The notes under the pieces were generated by a model. The model was not told where the DNA came from, searched no databases, and saw nothing but the letters and a program-made list of their open reading frames with translations. A stretch of 63,397 nt of DNA, the filler included, from Platydemus manokwari (taxonomy: Eukaryota), in the NCBI GenBank assembly GCA_037951405.1. It is 6 parts of 6 records of this genome, joined end to end, with 100 filler letters (N's around TTAATTAATTAA, not from the genome) between each part and the next. Parts side by side here need not be neighbours in the genome. Positions count along the whole stretch, not along the records: positions 44,664 to 53,389 come from JBBMOY011359316.1; positions 53,490 to 63,397 come from JBBMOY011190433.1; 4 more parts are not named here. The stretch is one strand, 5' to 3'. The position numbers and the translations under genes were made by a program. Positions 52,249 to 63,397 of this stretch are shown here, piece after piece (position 1 is the stretch's first letter; every line of letters starts with the position of its first letter).

Positions 52249-53323
52249 CATATTTATTCTATATGAAGCCATTACAGAATATTGATAGATTGGAATAATA
52301 ATTTTATTATGGCCATTTAATATACACAATCTCTAAAAATCTTCTTTTAACCTTTACAGTAGCTTATTTAGGCTTTTTTGGAGTTCCTTGAATTTTTTTT
52401 CATGATTTAGAATTTTAAAATCGTTATTTTGTTTATTTTTGGTATTTGATCAGCCTAATCAATCATGTTGTCGTTATGGTAATCTATCTAGATATCACCG
52501 ATAAAACTTTAACGACAATGATATCCTGTACAAGGTTCCGCTTTCAAACCCATACCGAATTGCTACTTTTCATATTATAGCTACTATTTTACACTGAGAC
52601 TTAATAGAAACGGTTGTATTAATGTGATTACAAAATAATTATTTGTCATCAGTTTTGTAAAATTATAACAATTTCTTTTAAACAACCAACCCAACATTAA
52701 ACGTTCTTAAATTAGTTTAACTAAATGAATAACTACAGAATTTTTGTTACAACTCATGTAAGTATCTGTGTGTATCGTTCTATCCCAAAAACCGTAAAGA
52801 TTTTTGTTCTGGGATATGTTAATTTGAATATCAGAATTTCGTTTTCATTTTCGTAAAATCTTCACAATTTTCTTATTATATTACTCACAGAATAACAGCT
52901 AAATGATGACAAACAAAGTTTTTCAATGACGTGTTTATATGTTTATATATTTCCACTTCTCAACCAATGAAAATAGGTTTTTCAGAAACGCTAAAACGTT
53001 ATTTTTTGTTAAAATTAATAAATGAAGCATGCAATAGTAGGACATGAAATGATAAATGGAAACAATTGATTTATCTAACTAGTTTGAGAGATGTTTTTTC
53101 TTCAGAAGAAGGAAGAATTCTCTTTATTCATGCTTCATTTCGCATAAGTAGAATTTATAATATGTTTTAATTTTGTTATTATCATAATGTCTGTTATTAT
53201 CATTTTATTATTAGTACTAATAATCATATTATGATAATTTTTATTCTTAATAAACACTATTTTCATTAATATTGCTATTATTTTTAAAATCAATATAATT
53301 AATTTTATGATTATTATAATTAC

Positions 53324-53389
<66 letters not shown>
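53324..53389. repeat. (TAT)n microsatellite at the contig end
   Basis: Direct trinucleotide run. Confidence 0.95.
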
Positions 53390-53489
53390 NNNNNNNNNNN
53401 NNNNNNNNNNNNNNNNNNNNNNNNNNNNNNNNNTTAATTAATTAANNNNNNNNNNNNNNNNNNNNNNNNNNNNNNNNNNNNNNNNNNNN
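53390..53489. other. Artificial contig linker
   Basis: 44 N + TTAATTAATTAA + 44 N. Confidence 0.98.
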
Positions 53490-53632
53490 AATAAATAAAC
53501 TTTTAGGTCGTTGGGAGAAATGTGTTGATAGCCTTGGAGCTTATTTTAATTAATAAAAAATATTTTTTTATGAGTTATGCTTCTTCAAATATGTGCATGA
53601 AAATCGGACATTTCATATGGGACAACCTAATA
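53490..53632 (+). mobile_element. 3' end of a further mariner family (transposase tail, TIR, TA)
   Basis: INKLLGRWEKCVDSLGAYFN*, then TIR (rc) TTAGGTTGTCCCATATGAAATGTCCGATTT and TA at 53631-53632. Confidence 0.88.
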
Positions 53633-53789
53633 ATATTCGATTTTTGTGCTTATTCCAGATACAAAACTTCCACCTGGTATTGAACATTCTACATTTATTA
53701 ACGTAATCTCAGGTAGATGTATTTTATTTTCTGATAAATAAGTTTGGGGAGTCTATAATTATTATTATCAAATACGAAAATAGAACCTA

Positions 53790-54170
53790 ATGTAATGATT
53801 TTTATATTTCCTTTCCTAATTATTTCGCATTTTAAAGTGGCTTTATCGGATCCTATTTTTACATTAAATATTGAGTTTTTATTACTATCAACTTGTGTAA
53901 TTCTATTAATTTCATACTAACCAACACTTTTTCGTATACTTTCATTTATATCAGGAATTTTTCTAGCATAAGGAGGAATTTTATATAATTTATTCTAGTA
54001 TAAAAAAGAATTATTATCATTAATATTATAAACATAATTATAAACACTTATCGACATTTAACCAATTTCATATTCAAATCTTTCATCTAACTGTAAATGC
54101 ATTGGAGAACTAAATTCCCATTCTGATTCTTTACTGTGCTATATTTTTTAGATATGATCTTAATCAAGTC
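53790..54170 (-). pseudogene. Minor capsid (penton, single jelly-roll) N-terminal half
   Basis: EFSSPMHLQLDERFEYEIG*MSISVYNYVYNINDNNSFLY*NKLYKIPPYARKIPDINESI...IGSDKATLKCEI matches Polinton penton F..PI.LD...YE.GL...YN.I.NI...NN.F....IP.G.YEI.DIN...NTLK. Confidence 0.75.
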
Positions 54171-54194
54171 AGTTAATTTCGCTTCAATTTTTAA

Positions 54195-54790
54195 TGCTCA
54201 CTTATACGAGTCTTGGCCATTCGGTGATAAATAAACCCTTTAGCTTTAATTTGTTTTAGAAACGGTAACTTTTTATAGCTAGTATTTTTTATAAAAGCAT
54301 ATAAAGCTCTTCCCTCATATGGATTTAAACCAATCCTAGCTCCTTTACCGCCAGTGTTTTCTTGTTTTAATTCATCCTTTGTCTTTAATTGTGCTAGTTC
54401 TTCCTTTATATTATCAAATTCTAAATTGGTTTTAACCAGCTCCGTCCCTGTTTTCTTAGATTATTTTGCTTCATTTACTGCAGTTGCGGACTCCATTAGC
54501 AATTCCTGTTGCTCAACCTAAACCTGCTATAATTGCTGGTAATGTGATTAATAATGGTAAAATTCCTCCAGATTTTTGTCTATTATAGTCTTCTTCATTA
54601 TCTATAAATTTTCTTAATTTGTTAATAATTTCTTTAGATAATTTTCTTTTTTCCCATCATAGTAAAATTATTTAGGATTACTAGTTTTTGTTATTTTTTT
54701 TAAAAGTTTTTCATCATTAATATTTTAAAAATAAATATCTGCAAGACAATCTTGAATACTATATCGCTGAAAGTATATCAATCATGGATA
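54195..54790 (-). pseudogene. Polinton/adintovirus core-like (adenovirus pX/pVI-reminiscent) protein
   Basis: RQKSGGILPLLITLPAIIAGLG*ATGIANGV/ATAVNEAK*SKKTGTELVKTN...TGGKGARIGLNPYEGRALY matches GGFLPL...AGL.A...GG.A.AVN..K...EL.RHN...GKG.YL.PY..G.GL. Confidence 0.75.
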
Positions 54791-54844
54791 TTTAATCTTG
54801 GAGGCTCTCTTTAAAGTCAGTCCGTTTTCAACCAGAGATTGAAT

Positions 54845-56072
54845 ACATCTGTCCAATTAATATTTCAACAGCTTTTTCTTATAATATACAACAATAAGCT
54901 TTGCGTTTTAAACCCGAAAGTTTTTCAATTTCAATTGATATTGTACAACCATTAATTATTAATTTTTCATCTTAAGCTTTCACATCGAAACAAAATATTG
55001 AGTATTAATTCTGAAAATCAATCACATTAAATTGAATTCTTTACTTAAATTAAGATATGCATCATAAGGAGCATCCTGATTATTTGCTGTGATATCAAAT
55101 TGCATTTTATTGACTGAACAGTTACTGTTATTTAATCTAACTTGTAATGATTTTATATATTTATCATTTCCAATATGTTGAATGAATTTTGAATTATTTT
55201 TAGTAAAGTTAATTTCAGGATCTTTGAAATCAATTACTGTTATATACCGTGGTCTATTTTAACAAAGTTACTTGCCATGTAAAAGTATTTGACTCAGGGA
55301 TATCAATTAGATTTGAAAATCGATTTAAATAATTACCTTGAATTGGCTTATCGGTTTGTAATATTTTCAATAATTCAAGTTCATTCTTTTAATCTAAAGC
55401 TAATTCAGGTATACAAAATTCCAGTGATTTAACAGTTAATTTTCCCTCTCCTTTTTTCCATCAAATATTTTAATATTTTCTTATCGTCTATTTTTCTGTT
55501 TAATGTTAAATTAATCGTCATCAAAAATAATAGTCTATTGCAGATTTCTAAAAATTCAAATATGGGTTTAAGAGAAATCATCCTGTGATCATGTTTTATA
55601 AATTATAAAAGGTTTATCTTCTTTTAAATCCTTTATTGTTTGTATCCGGATCTTCTTTTGTTAGATCTGGATCAATGATGTTAATTCGACAGTTCTTTCA
55701 TTAGATTGATCTAATAATATAAAATTTAACATACTAGATATTTCCCCAAAATTTGTAATATTTTCAATTTCATAAGTTCCTAATTTTAATCTCATGGAAT
55801 AAAATATATTAGGAAAGAAATTATTTTCTAAAGCTATATTTTCTCCTGCATTTTTTGCACTTGCATTTTTTTCTTTTTGTCTTTCTTAATTCAATTTCAA
55901 TTTCATATCTTAAGAAAGTATTACAAATATTCATCGGATTTGAAGTTTGTTGGGATTCAAAAATAATATATTTGAATTAATTTAAATTAGTAACTGTTGT
56001 TGCTGATGGATTAATGATACATAAATTTTCTTCTTTAATTTCATGTTTAAATTTATAAAAATTTTCATCCAA
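54845..56072 (-). pseudogene. Double-jelly-roll major capsid protein
   Basis: About 400 codons with stops and frameshifts: NIALENNFFPNIFYSMRLKLGTYEIENITNFGEISSMLNFI, NNKGFKRR, ISLKPIFEFLE, INLTLNR, KLTVKSLEFCIPEL, FTWQV..RPRYITVIDF, IKSLQVRLNN, YDAYLN, YSIFCFDV, KAYCCII. These follow the motif order of Polinton-like DJR capsids. Confidence 0.85.
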
Positions 56073-56179
56073 TTTTTTTTGTATTTTATTATAAAAAATT
56101 AAACTAAAAATGCTTTTTAATGATGAACTTTGTTCTTTTTAAAATACTTTTTCAATATCTTATTTTTTCTTTATTTATA

Positions 56180-57043
56180 TATATTAATTTATTTAATTTT
56201 ATTTAAATACCATTTATTGAATTATAAACATTATTATGTCATTCTTTTTTAGCTGCCAATAACTTTCATAATTCATAAAATACGGTTATAGGATTAACCA
56301 TTGGTAACAACTTTAGTCGATTCAGCTATCCTAATGACTTTAATCGATTATTATTTAATCCCGTTCCTGACTAACTGGGAATATTTTCAATCATAAAATT
56401 ATTTTGATTCATTTTTATTTTTACATCTTTAAGATATATTTAAGAAATATGTAATTGTTGCAAATTGGTGAACAGAAATTGCTGCTCTCCATAAAACCTC
56501 TAGATAAATATCTATATCTTTAACACGGAATTTTCCTTCCCTTTTTAGTCTTTCTACGTCTACTCTTCCAAGAATTGAATTATATAAATTTTCAACTAAA
56601 TCATCAACTAAATTTTTCTCCTTCAAGTTAAATAATTTAAAATTCTTGTTTATTAATAAATAAATTTGGGAAATTCACTCCATCATATACTCTTTCTCCC
56701 AAGTTTGGATAAATACTATCACCTTTACCTTTACCGTCTCTTCCATAAAATGTTTCTGGATTTATAACACAATTTTCACTGTTTATTTCACTTGGTAATG
56801 CATTTCTCACAAGTTTAAAATTCTGAATAGTTTCATTTAAAATTTAATTTGTTTCATTAGCAGATGTTTTTAAACCTCCAATTGCTAAGAAATTTTAGCT
56901 TGATTTTGTACAACAAGTGCTAATAAAGGTTTAGCAAATTCACTGATACCTCGATTCATCAAAATTTTAGAATATTAATTTGCTTCAGCTTCAGTACTTA
57001 TTTTATCTTTTCTTATTCTTTTGTTTATGTCAAAACCTCCCAT
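56180..57043 (-). pseudogene. Conserved Polinton/adintovirus-type ORF of unknown function (includes ORF 56429..56626)
   Basis: Ends with SGTGL...LPMVNPITVFYEL*KLLAAKKE*HNNVYNSINGI, resembling the DP.EL..RL.LL.A...AG.N...NEI..I C-terminal motif common in such elements. Confidence 0.55.
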
Positions 57044-57059
57044 TTTTAATTTGTAAATT

Positions 57060-57620
57060 TAAGTTGTTTATTCTTCATAGATAGAAAACATTAGTGCAAG
57101 AATTAGATACTTATTTTTTATCAAAAATTCTCATTTCATCATTTATTTACAAGAAAGTCAAAATTCCTTTTCTATATCATTTGAAAATAAAACAGAATAT
57201 ATTAAATCTTTATCTCCTTTATTTAATTTCAATAAAATAATAAAATTTGAATTATTCCTGATTGTCTTCCTTGGTAAATCATACCAATTTAGTGTTAGGT
57301 AAATACTATTATAATTATTATTTCCTCCTCTTGTATGAGCAGACATAATTTCCTGGCTTTTCTCTGAAAGACAATCATAAAAAATTATTTAATTATTTTT
57401 AGTTTTATTTAAATCTGAAGGGTTCATAATCTCATTGTATTTGAAAGTAATGATTATTGATATATTGCTTTTTTCTAGATGTGACAACATTTCAGCAATG
57501 AGTTCACAAATTTCTCTAATAAATAAATCTTAATCAAATCTGCCGTGTTCTTCAAATATCTTAATAATAATAATATCTTTTGATAATCCATTTAATAATA
57601 ATAATAATATTTCGCCTTCG
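57060..57620 (-). pseudogene. A32/FtsK-like genome-packaging ATPase, 5'-truncated (Walker A not seen)
   Basis: NGLSKD..IMNPSDLNKTKNN*IIFYDCLSEKSQEIMSAHTRGGNNNYNSIYLTLNWYDLPRKTIRNNSNFIILLK. This is a decayed Walker B (IFDD), RGRH arginine finger, YLSQ and IRxN motif set. Confidence 0.85.
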
Positions 57621-59236
57621 GGTAATTCAAATCAAGTTTTTTACTGAAAAGAATTTAGGTATGGTGAAACAGCATTTTTCAAAGAAAAAAAATAAGTATT
57701 GTTTATGTGACAATTGATCATTTACCTTTACCCAGTTGTATTCTTGTCTCGAACGATGTCCACAATTTATATGTTGTTCTTTACTAAGATCCGTGGTGGA
57801 TTAATTTGACAAGACCACTGGAAAATATTTATAATATTTTTTAATTAAAGTCTTTTTTTCCATTTCAATAGTTTCAATAAATCAATTGGTGATCACCAGA
57901 GTTGGTTTTTCAAAAAGAAATTCGTTGAATCAAATTTTACATTCAATAAAAGTTTAATTATTTATTTTTTTGCCTTCTCGTTTGATTACAACGCATTTCA
58001 ATTAATAAAATCATTGCTTGGGATACTCGTCACATGTATAACGAATTTAAAATCAAAACCAATCTCAAGCTAAGAAATATCTTTGAACATTGTTAGCATA
58101 ATATTAACAAAGGAATACAGAGTTTAGAACTATAAATAAGTTTAGAAATATAATTCTTGTGATTGTCTTCATACTATTCACAGAAGCTACTTCGAGATAA
58201 AACAGTGACCTATATATACTTCACAATTTCAAACTTTCTTTTTTTAAATCACATCAGAATAAATTCGATATTGACTATCTCCTTGGTAACGTAGTCTAAT
58301 ATTTATCATTATTTTGACAATGATCTTAATTTTTTCAATCATTAAAGAAATGGCAGCTTTCTTTGAGTTGGCAGTAGATAGTGTTTTGACACTTTAATAT
58401 TGAATCAAACTTGTAAATGGTTTATTGGAGTTTTCGATTTAGTGAGTCAAATTCATGGCTTTGGCTAATATTTATTCTGAATAGTAATTTTATGATTTTG
58501 AGATCCCATTTGTTTTATGCGATTTATATTTACTTGAAATTTTGTTCTTGCAAATGACAACTTAAATGACAACCCAATCTTCTCATCAAATAATGAAGTT
58601 AAAATCAGGTGAAATAATAATTATTTAATAGACTATATAAAAACATAATTTTACTAGCTTATATGAAAGGAATCAATAATTTTTTTTTAATTTAATTTTT
58701 TCTAAATATGTATCTATATATAAAAAATCGATTCATTAAAACATCGAAACTATATAAAACTTATGATTGATAAATGCTTTAGGAATTGGTAAAAAAGCTT
58801 AAATTATATCAATAAATATTTAAAATCAATTGTAACTCAGTCAAAAAGTAATTATGTTTGCAGCAAAATGTTTTCGGACCACCAATTAAACTGTTTTAAA
58901 AATTCTTGAAATTGATCTCTAGTGAATGAAACTTTAATGAGTTCAAAAAAATATTATTTATTTTGTGTTATCTTCGAATATTGACCCCAATTACGGGTAA
59001 ACTGCATTAATACCAGCTTAATGTTGTTTGTACAAGCTTTTTATTTAGTTTAAAGTTTTCTTGCACGTAGTTTTTCGCAGCACTCTAATCTACTTTAATG
59101 TTATTTGGAGTGTGTAACTCACCTCCTACACCACTAAATGATAGCAGCTGTAGGTGAGCATGTGTGGGCTTCACTAGTTTTATCTTTTAGTAATTTTATA
59201 TATTAATCTATAACAATATCTAGCGCAGAGCTACTA

Positions 59237-60784
59237 ATGTTACCAATCCTCAAAAATACTCTGAATTTATCAAATTTGGTGTGAATTTTGTATTTTTTGT
59301 TGAGAAATTGTTGAACTATTATTTTTAGGTATTCTCCGCTCGGATTAGCTGTTTATCACTTCCCAATTTCAAATTACATAGTCTCTCCCAACCTAAAGAG
59401 AAGGAAAACCTATCACCTGTTTGGGCATGGAATGAATGGGATACTTTGGAAGAAGTAGTAGTTGGGATTCCTAATGATGCAGTGTTGCCATACCCTTCAA
59501 AAGATGTCGCCGTAAGTTTATATCATTTCCGTATGAGTAGATATTCGTGTATCAGGCAACATTTGGTCATCCTAGAGTCCCATTTTTTAAAGAACATGGT
59601 GGGAAAAAATTTTCTGATGTTATGGGCCCAGAACTTTGGAAAAAAGTGGAAGACGAAGTTAATGAGTTAGTGCGGGTATTGGAAGGAGAAGGAGTCAAGG
59701 TAGTTCAACCAACACCTATTGATTATACTAGGAAATTTACCACACCAAGTTTTTCATCAACAGGTTTCTTTTATAGAAGAAAATAAATAATTATTTCGTA
59801 ATCTATTTCAGGTTTATATGCGGCCATGCCTCGAGATTTCCTATTGATAGTTGGAGATGAGATGATTGAATCACCAATGGCTTGGAGATGCAGATATTTT
59901 GAATATGAGGCATATCGACCTCTCTTAAGATATTATTTCAATGAAGGAGCTCGGTGGACTTCAGCTCCAAAATGCACAATGGAAGACGGCATGTACGATA
60001 TGGTAAAAAGTATTCCTTTTTCGAAAATTGAATTTTCTTCTCTTTAATGAGGAATTCGACATCGGCCAAAGCAAACCATTTAAATATATAACCACCGAGT
60101 TGGAACCTTGCTTTGACGCTGCGGATTTCATACGGCTAGGAAGAGATATCATTGGTCAACGCAGTCATGTGGGTAGCAGATAAACAAATAATCTCATTGA
60201 CAATAATAATAATAGGTTACAAATAAAAAGGCTATCCAGTGGTTGAGAAGACACTTAGAACCGAGTGGAATAAGAGTGCACGAAATCGAATTTGATGCAC
60301 TTTATTCCATGCATATAGATACCAATTTAATTCCAGTAAAACCAGGTTTGATGTTACTTAAAGATGGATTGAATTGCAAAAATCCTGCCCTTCTTGAAAA
60401 AAGTAAATGGGATATCATTCGTCTACCAAAAGGGCCTCATAGAGAAGGTAAAATGAATGTGATAATACAGATTAATTAAGAATAATTTTGATAATGCATA
60501 TATAATTATATTTGTTTATAGAACATTATAAATTTTTGAATTATCACGGTTTACCGAATAACATGCTTAGCATTGATACGAAAAGGGTTCTAGTTGAAAA
60601 ATCCGAAGAGTATATGGTGAAATTCATGGAAAATTTAGGTTTCAAACCAATCGCAGTATCACTGAAACACGCTAATAATCTCGGTGGTGGATTCCATTGT
60701 TGGACTTGTGATATCAGAAGACGTGGAACTCTTGAAACTTATTTTGATTGGCCGCAAGAAATTTTAGACAAATTAGAACCTTAA
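59237..60784 (+). CDS. GATM: L-arginine:glycine amidinotransferase-like (AGAT/GATM family), ~411 aa; exons 59237-59278, 59329-59511, 59556-59763, 59812-60002, 60052-60168, 60216-60447, 60522-60784
   Basis: [87 protein letters not shown]. The catalytic Asp/His/Cys are present, and introns of 44-74 nt restore a continuous frame. Confidence 0.93.
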
Positions 60785-63397
60785 AAATTTGCTCATTGTT
60801 TCGTTTTTGTTTAAATACACTGATTTACTTTAATCTTTTCTTGAATTTTTCAATGGTAAATTTGGATTTGAGTTTCTCTGAAAGACATTCTCGTCGAAGA
60901 CATCCTAATTTGGTAACTAAATACTGCAACTTAAGCCTAGAATGGAGCCTGAAAATAAAATGTTCAAATTTAAATAATTATATATTTTAATCGATAATTT
61001 TATTAATTTTGTAAATTGTTTTATAAAACAGCTTAAATGGGAAATATTATTTATTTCAAACCATCATGTTCTTTGTCAGAATGGCATCGCTGTAAGAATA
61101 TTAACATATTTTCTCTGTGGTAAACTAATTTTATGGAAATCAGATTGATTTGAAACACCAAAACCATGACTATCCTAATCATAGGATATTTTTCCCTTCT
61201 TATTAAGTCATTCTTTATCCATTCAGAAGGGATTTATTTCTAACAATTGTACCTAGTGTTCATTTAAGCAATGAATTTGTTAGATTTTCGATTGATTAAT
61301 CAGACTCAATGAAAAGTTATTTCACACCAAATGCGTTCAATAGTTATTAGAAGAAAAGAACTTTATTTGACAAACTTGTTGAAGAAAAATATGTTATGTT
61401 TTAGCCTCATGGATTTTATTATTTATAATAATTATTATTTTATTATAATTATTATGACAGTACAATGAAATTCACATATAGATACAAATTCAAATGAAAA
61501 CAAGTTACAATAATACAAACTAGAACATAAGGCAAATTACCAGAATGTTGGGTAAATCAATTATAATTATAGGTCTATTGTGTGATTCTATTTCTATAAA
61601 ACTTAAGATTTTTTGGAAATCTCTTATGGCAGTGCCCGTAAGAGGACTCAATTGATTTTATCGGTGGTTAGATCTAATGGTACCGTAACCACTACTATGA
61701 ATTTGTTTTGGATTTTAAGATTTTAGGCGTCACTTTTAATTTTAGAACAACTAGGTTCAGGCTGGAATTTATTAACAGATAGTTATACAAAAATTAATTC
61801 AATAATATTTCACTTTTTAGAAATTACTTTTCAGAGAATAATATATAACTTATGATATTGTGACTCGCAATAGACAAACTGGTGATGATTAAACTCGGTA
61901 CAATATTTTCCTTTAAATTTGATTATTGAAACCAAGCTACTTGACTGCTTTCTTCTTTCTTCTTTTTGTTGATACTTCTCAAAATATTTATATGAGAATT
62001 ATCAGTTGCAATCAGGTTAATTTGTTTCAAAAATCCCAACTAAGCAGTTATTTTCACGAAATCTATTGATTAATCTCAAAAATTCCAGTTATTTGGATAG
62101 AGTAGCAAATCGCTTCAATTGTGCTGTGGTATCAATTAGTCGTAGTAAAAAATTCTAATAATTATAATTATATTTTTTGACAAACTTATAATTTAGGATG
62201 ATTCATAAAAAGATTTTTATGTATAAATTATTGTTATTTATGATATTGTTATTTATTTCATTTGTGAAGCTATCAAAATTTATTCTCTAAAATTGTCATT
62301 ATATTATAATTATTTTATCATATTTTATCAATCCATCTGAAGAAGAAGTCGTTTATATTATGAAGAAAATTTATTTAATCAGAAGTTGTCCTATTCATTT
62401 ACCGTGAATTCGATCGAAATCGTTATTGTCAAATTATGTGCATCCAGTAGTCGCCCAGTTGAGAAATCCAAAAATTTCAATAGGTAGAACATTTATAGTC
62501 CATAATTTATAAACACCAAATTTCATATTTTCAATATACTTTTACCAATTGATCACGATACAACCCCCCCCCCAAAAAAAAGCGCACAATTTTTGTACTC
62601 GTTCTAGAAGTTGATCAAAATCATCTGCACCAGTATTTTTATTGTGTGTTTACTTAGAGTGTATTATTATTTAAATTTGATTATTCATTATAAAATTTAT
62701 ATAAAAATTAACTTCGATTTGGTGTTTTATATAGGCCATTTTCATTTACAGAGAAATTTAATAATTATTGTCGTTAGTTTTGTCATCTAATTTGAAGAAG
62801 AAAGAATCATTGAAGTAATCTCATCGTGTCTTAATAATCTTTGATAATAGACTGTGATAATCTTTTGATCAAATTAAATTTAATAATTAATAATAAATCA
62901 AGAAACTCGATTATAATTACTAGATCACATTTGCACAAAAATAAGTATAATTGATGTAACTATGAACGAGGCTGTTATTAAACTATACGGTTGCTAGACG
63001 AAGCTAAGTTAAACATTGAGGTAAATCGCACCTCTAGGAAATGACTCAGAGACTGATTTAAGTTGAGTGTTAGTTCAAGAATAATATTTTATTTTTATTT
63101 GTTTATTTTTAGAGAAATCAAAATATCATCTATTAAATTTGCAACAAACAATTCGATATTTATAATCAATATTAATATTAATTCATTTAACAATTATATA
63201 CACTAATTCAATTTAATATTGTCAGATTAAAGTGTAGCAAACAATAAAAAGTTTTCATAATTTGATAAATGAACACAATTTACATGCTGATATTCCATTT
63301 TTACAAACAATAAAAATATTCAAGTTATTGTCCTTTAATTTTGAACGTTCCCACACTCTAACTAATATTTACGTTTATATTATTTCAATGTACATTC

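Larger units (their letters stand above)
53790..57620 (-). mobile_element. Endogenous Polinton/Maverick (adintovirus-like) viral element: pseudogenised virion-morphogenesis module
   Basis: Five colinear, same-strand, apparently intronless disrupted genes: packaging ATPase, conserved Polinton-type ORF, DJR major capsid, core-like protein, penton (see individual entries). Confidence 0.88.

Noticed and set aside
1-63397. Alternative genetic code or stop readthrough as the explanation for the many stop-interrupted frames, including the viral genes
   Set aside because: Intact genes read cleanly in the standard code, and the broken frames contain all three stop types plus frameshifts, which indicates ordinary decay.
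1-63397. tRNA, rRNA or CRISPR arrays
   Set aside because: No cloverleaf with A/B boxes, rRNA signature or repeat-spacer array was recognised; the DNA is eukaryotic.

Overview
AT-rich animal (protostome, probably arthropod-like) nuclear DNA. The window is not contiguous: it is six contigs joined by five artificial 100-bp linkers (44 N + TTAATTAATTAA + 44 N), so adjacency across linkers is meaningless. Host genes: ZC2HC1-like zinc-finger gene (partial), an intronless Slo1/BK channel, API5 (6 exons), intronless ALG5, a double-RING protein, the first exon of ZRANB1/Trabid, the first exon of calbindin-32, a 7-exon glycine amidinotransferase-like gene with altered substrate-pocket residues, and several orphan ORFs. 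Decayed mobile elements are common: several mariner/Tc1 families (some breaking contigs), a pogo element and non-LTR retrotransposon relics. The main hidden feature, almost invisible in the ORF track, is a ~4-kb pseudogenised endogenous Polinton/Maverick (adintovirus-like) virion-morphogenesis module at ~53790-57620 on the minus strand. It runs packaging ATPase, conserved Polinton-type ORF, double-jelly-roll major capsid, GG-cleaved core-like protein, penton. All homologies were recognised by eye from hand translation and recalled family motifs; no database searches were run.
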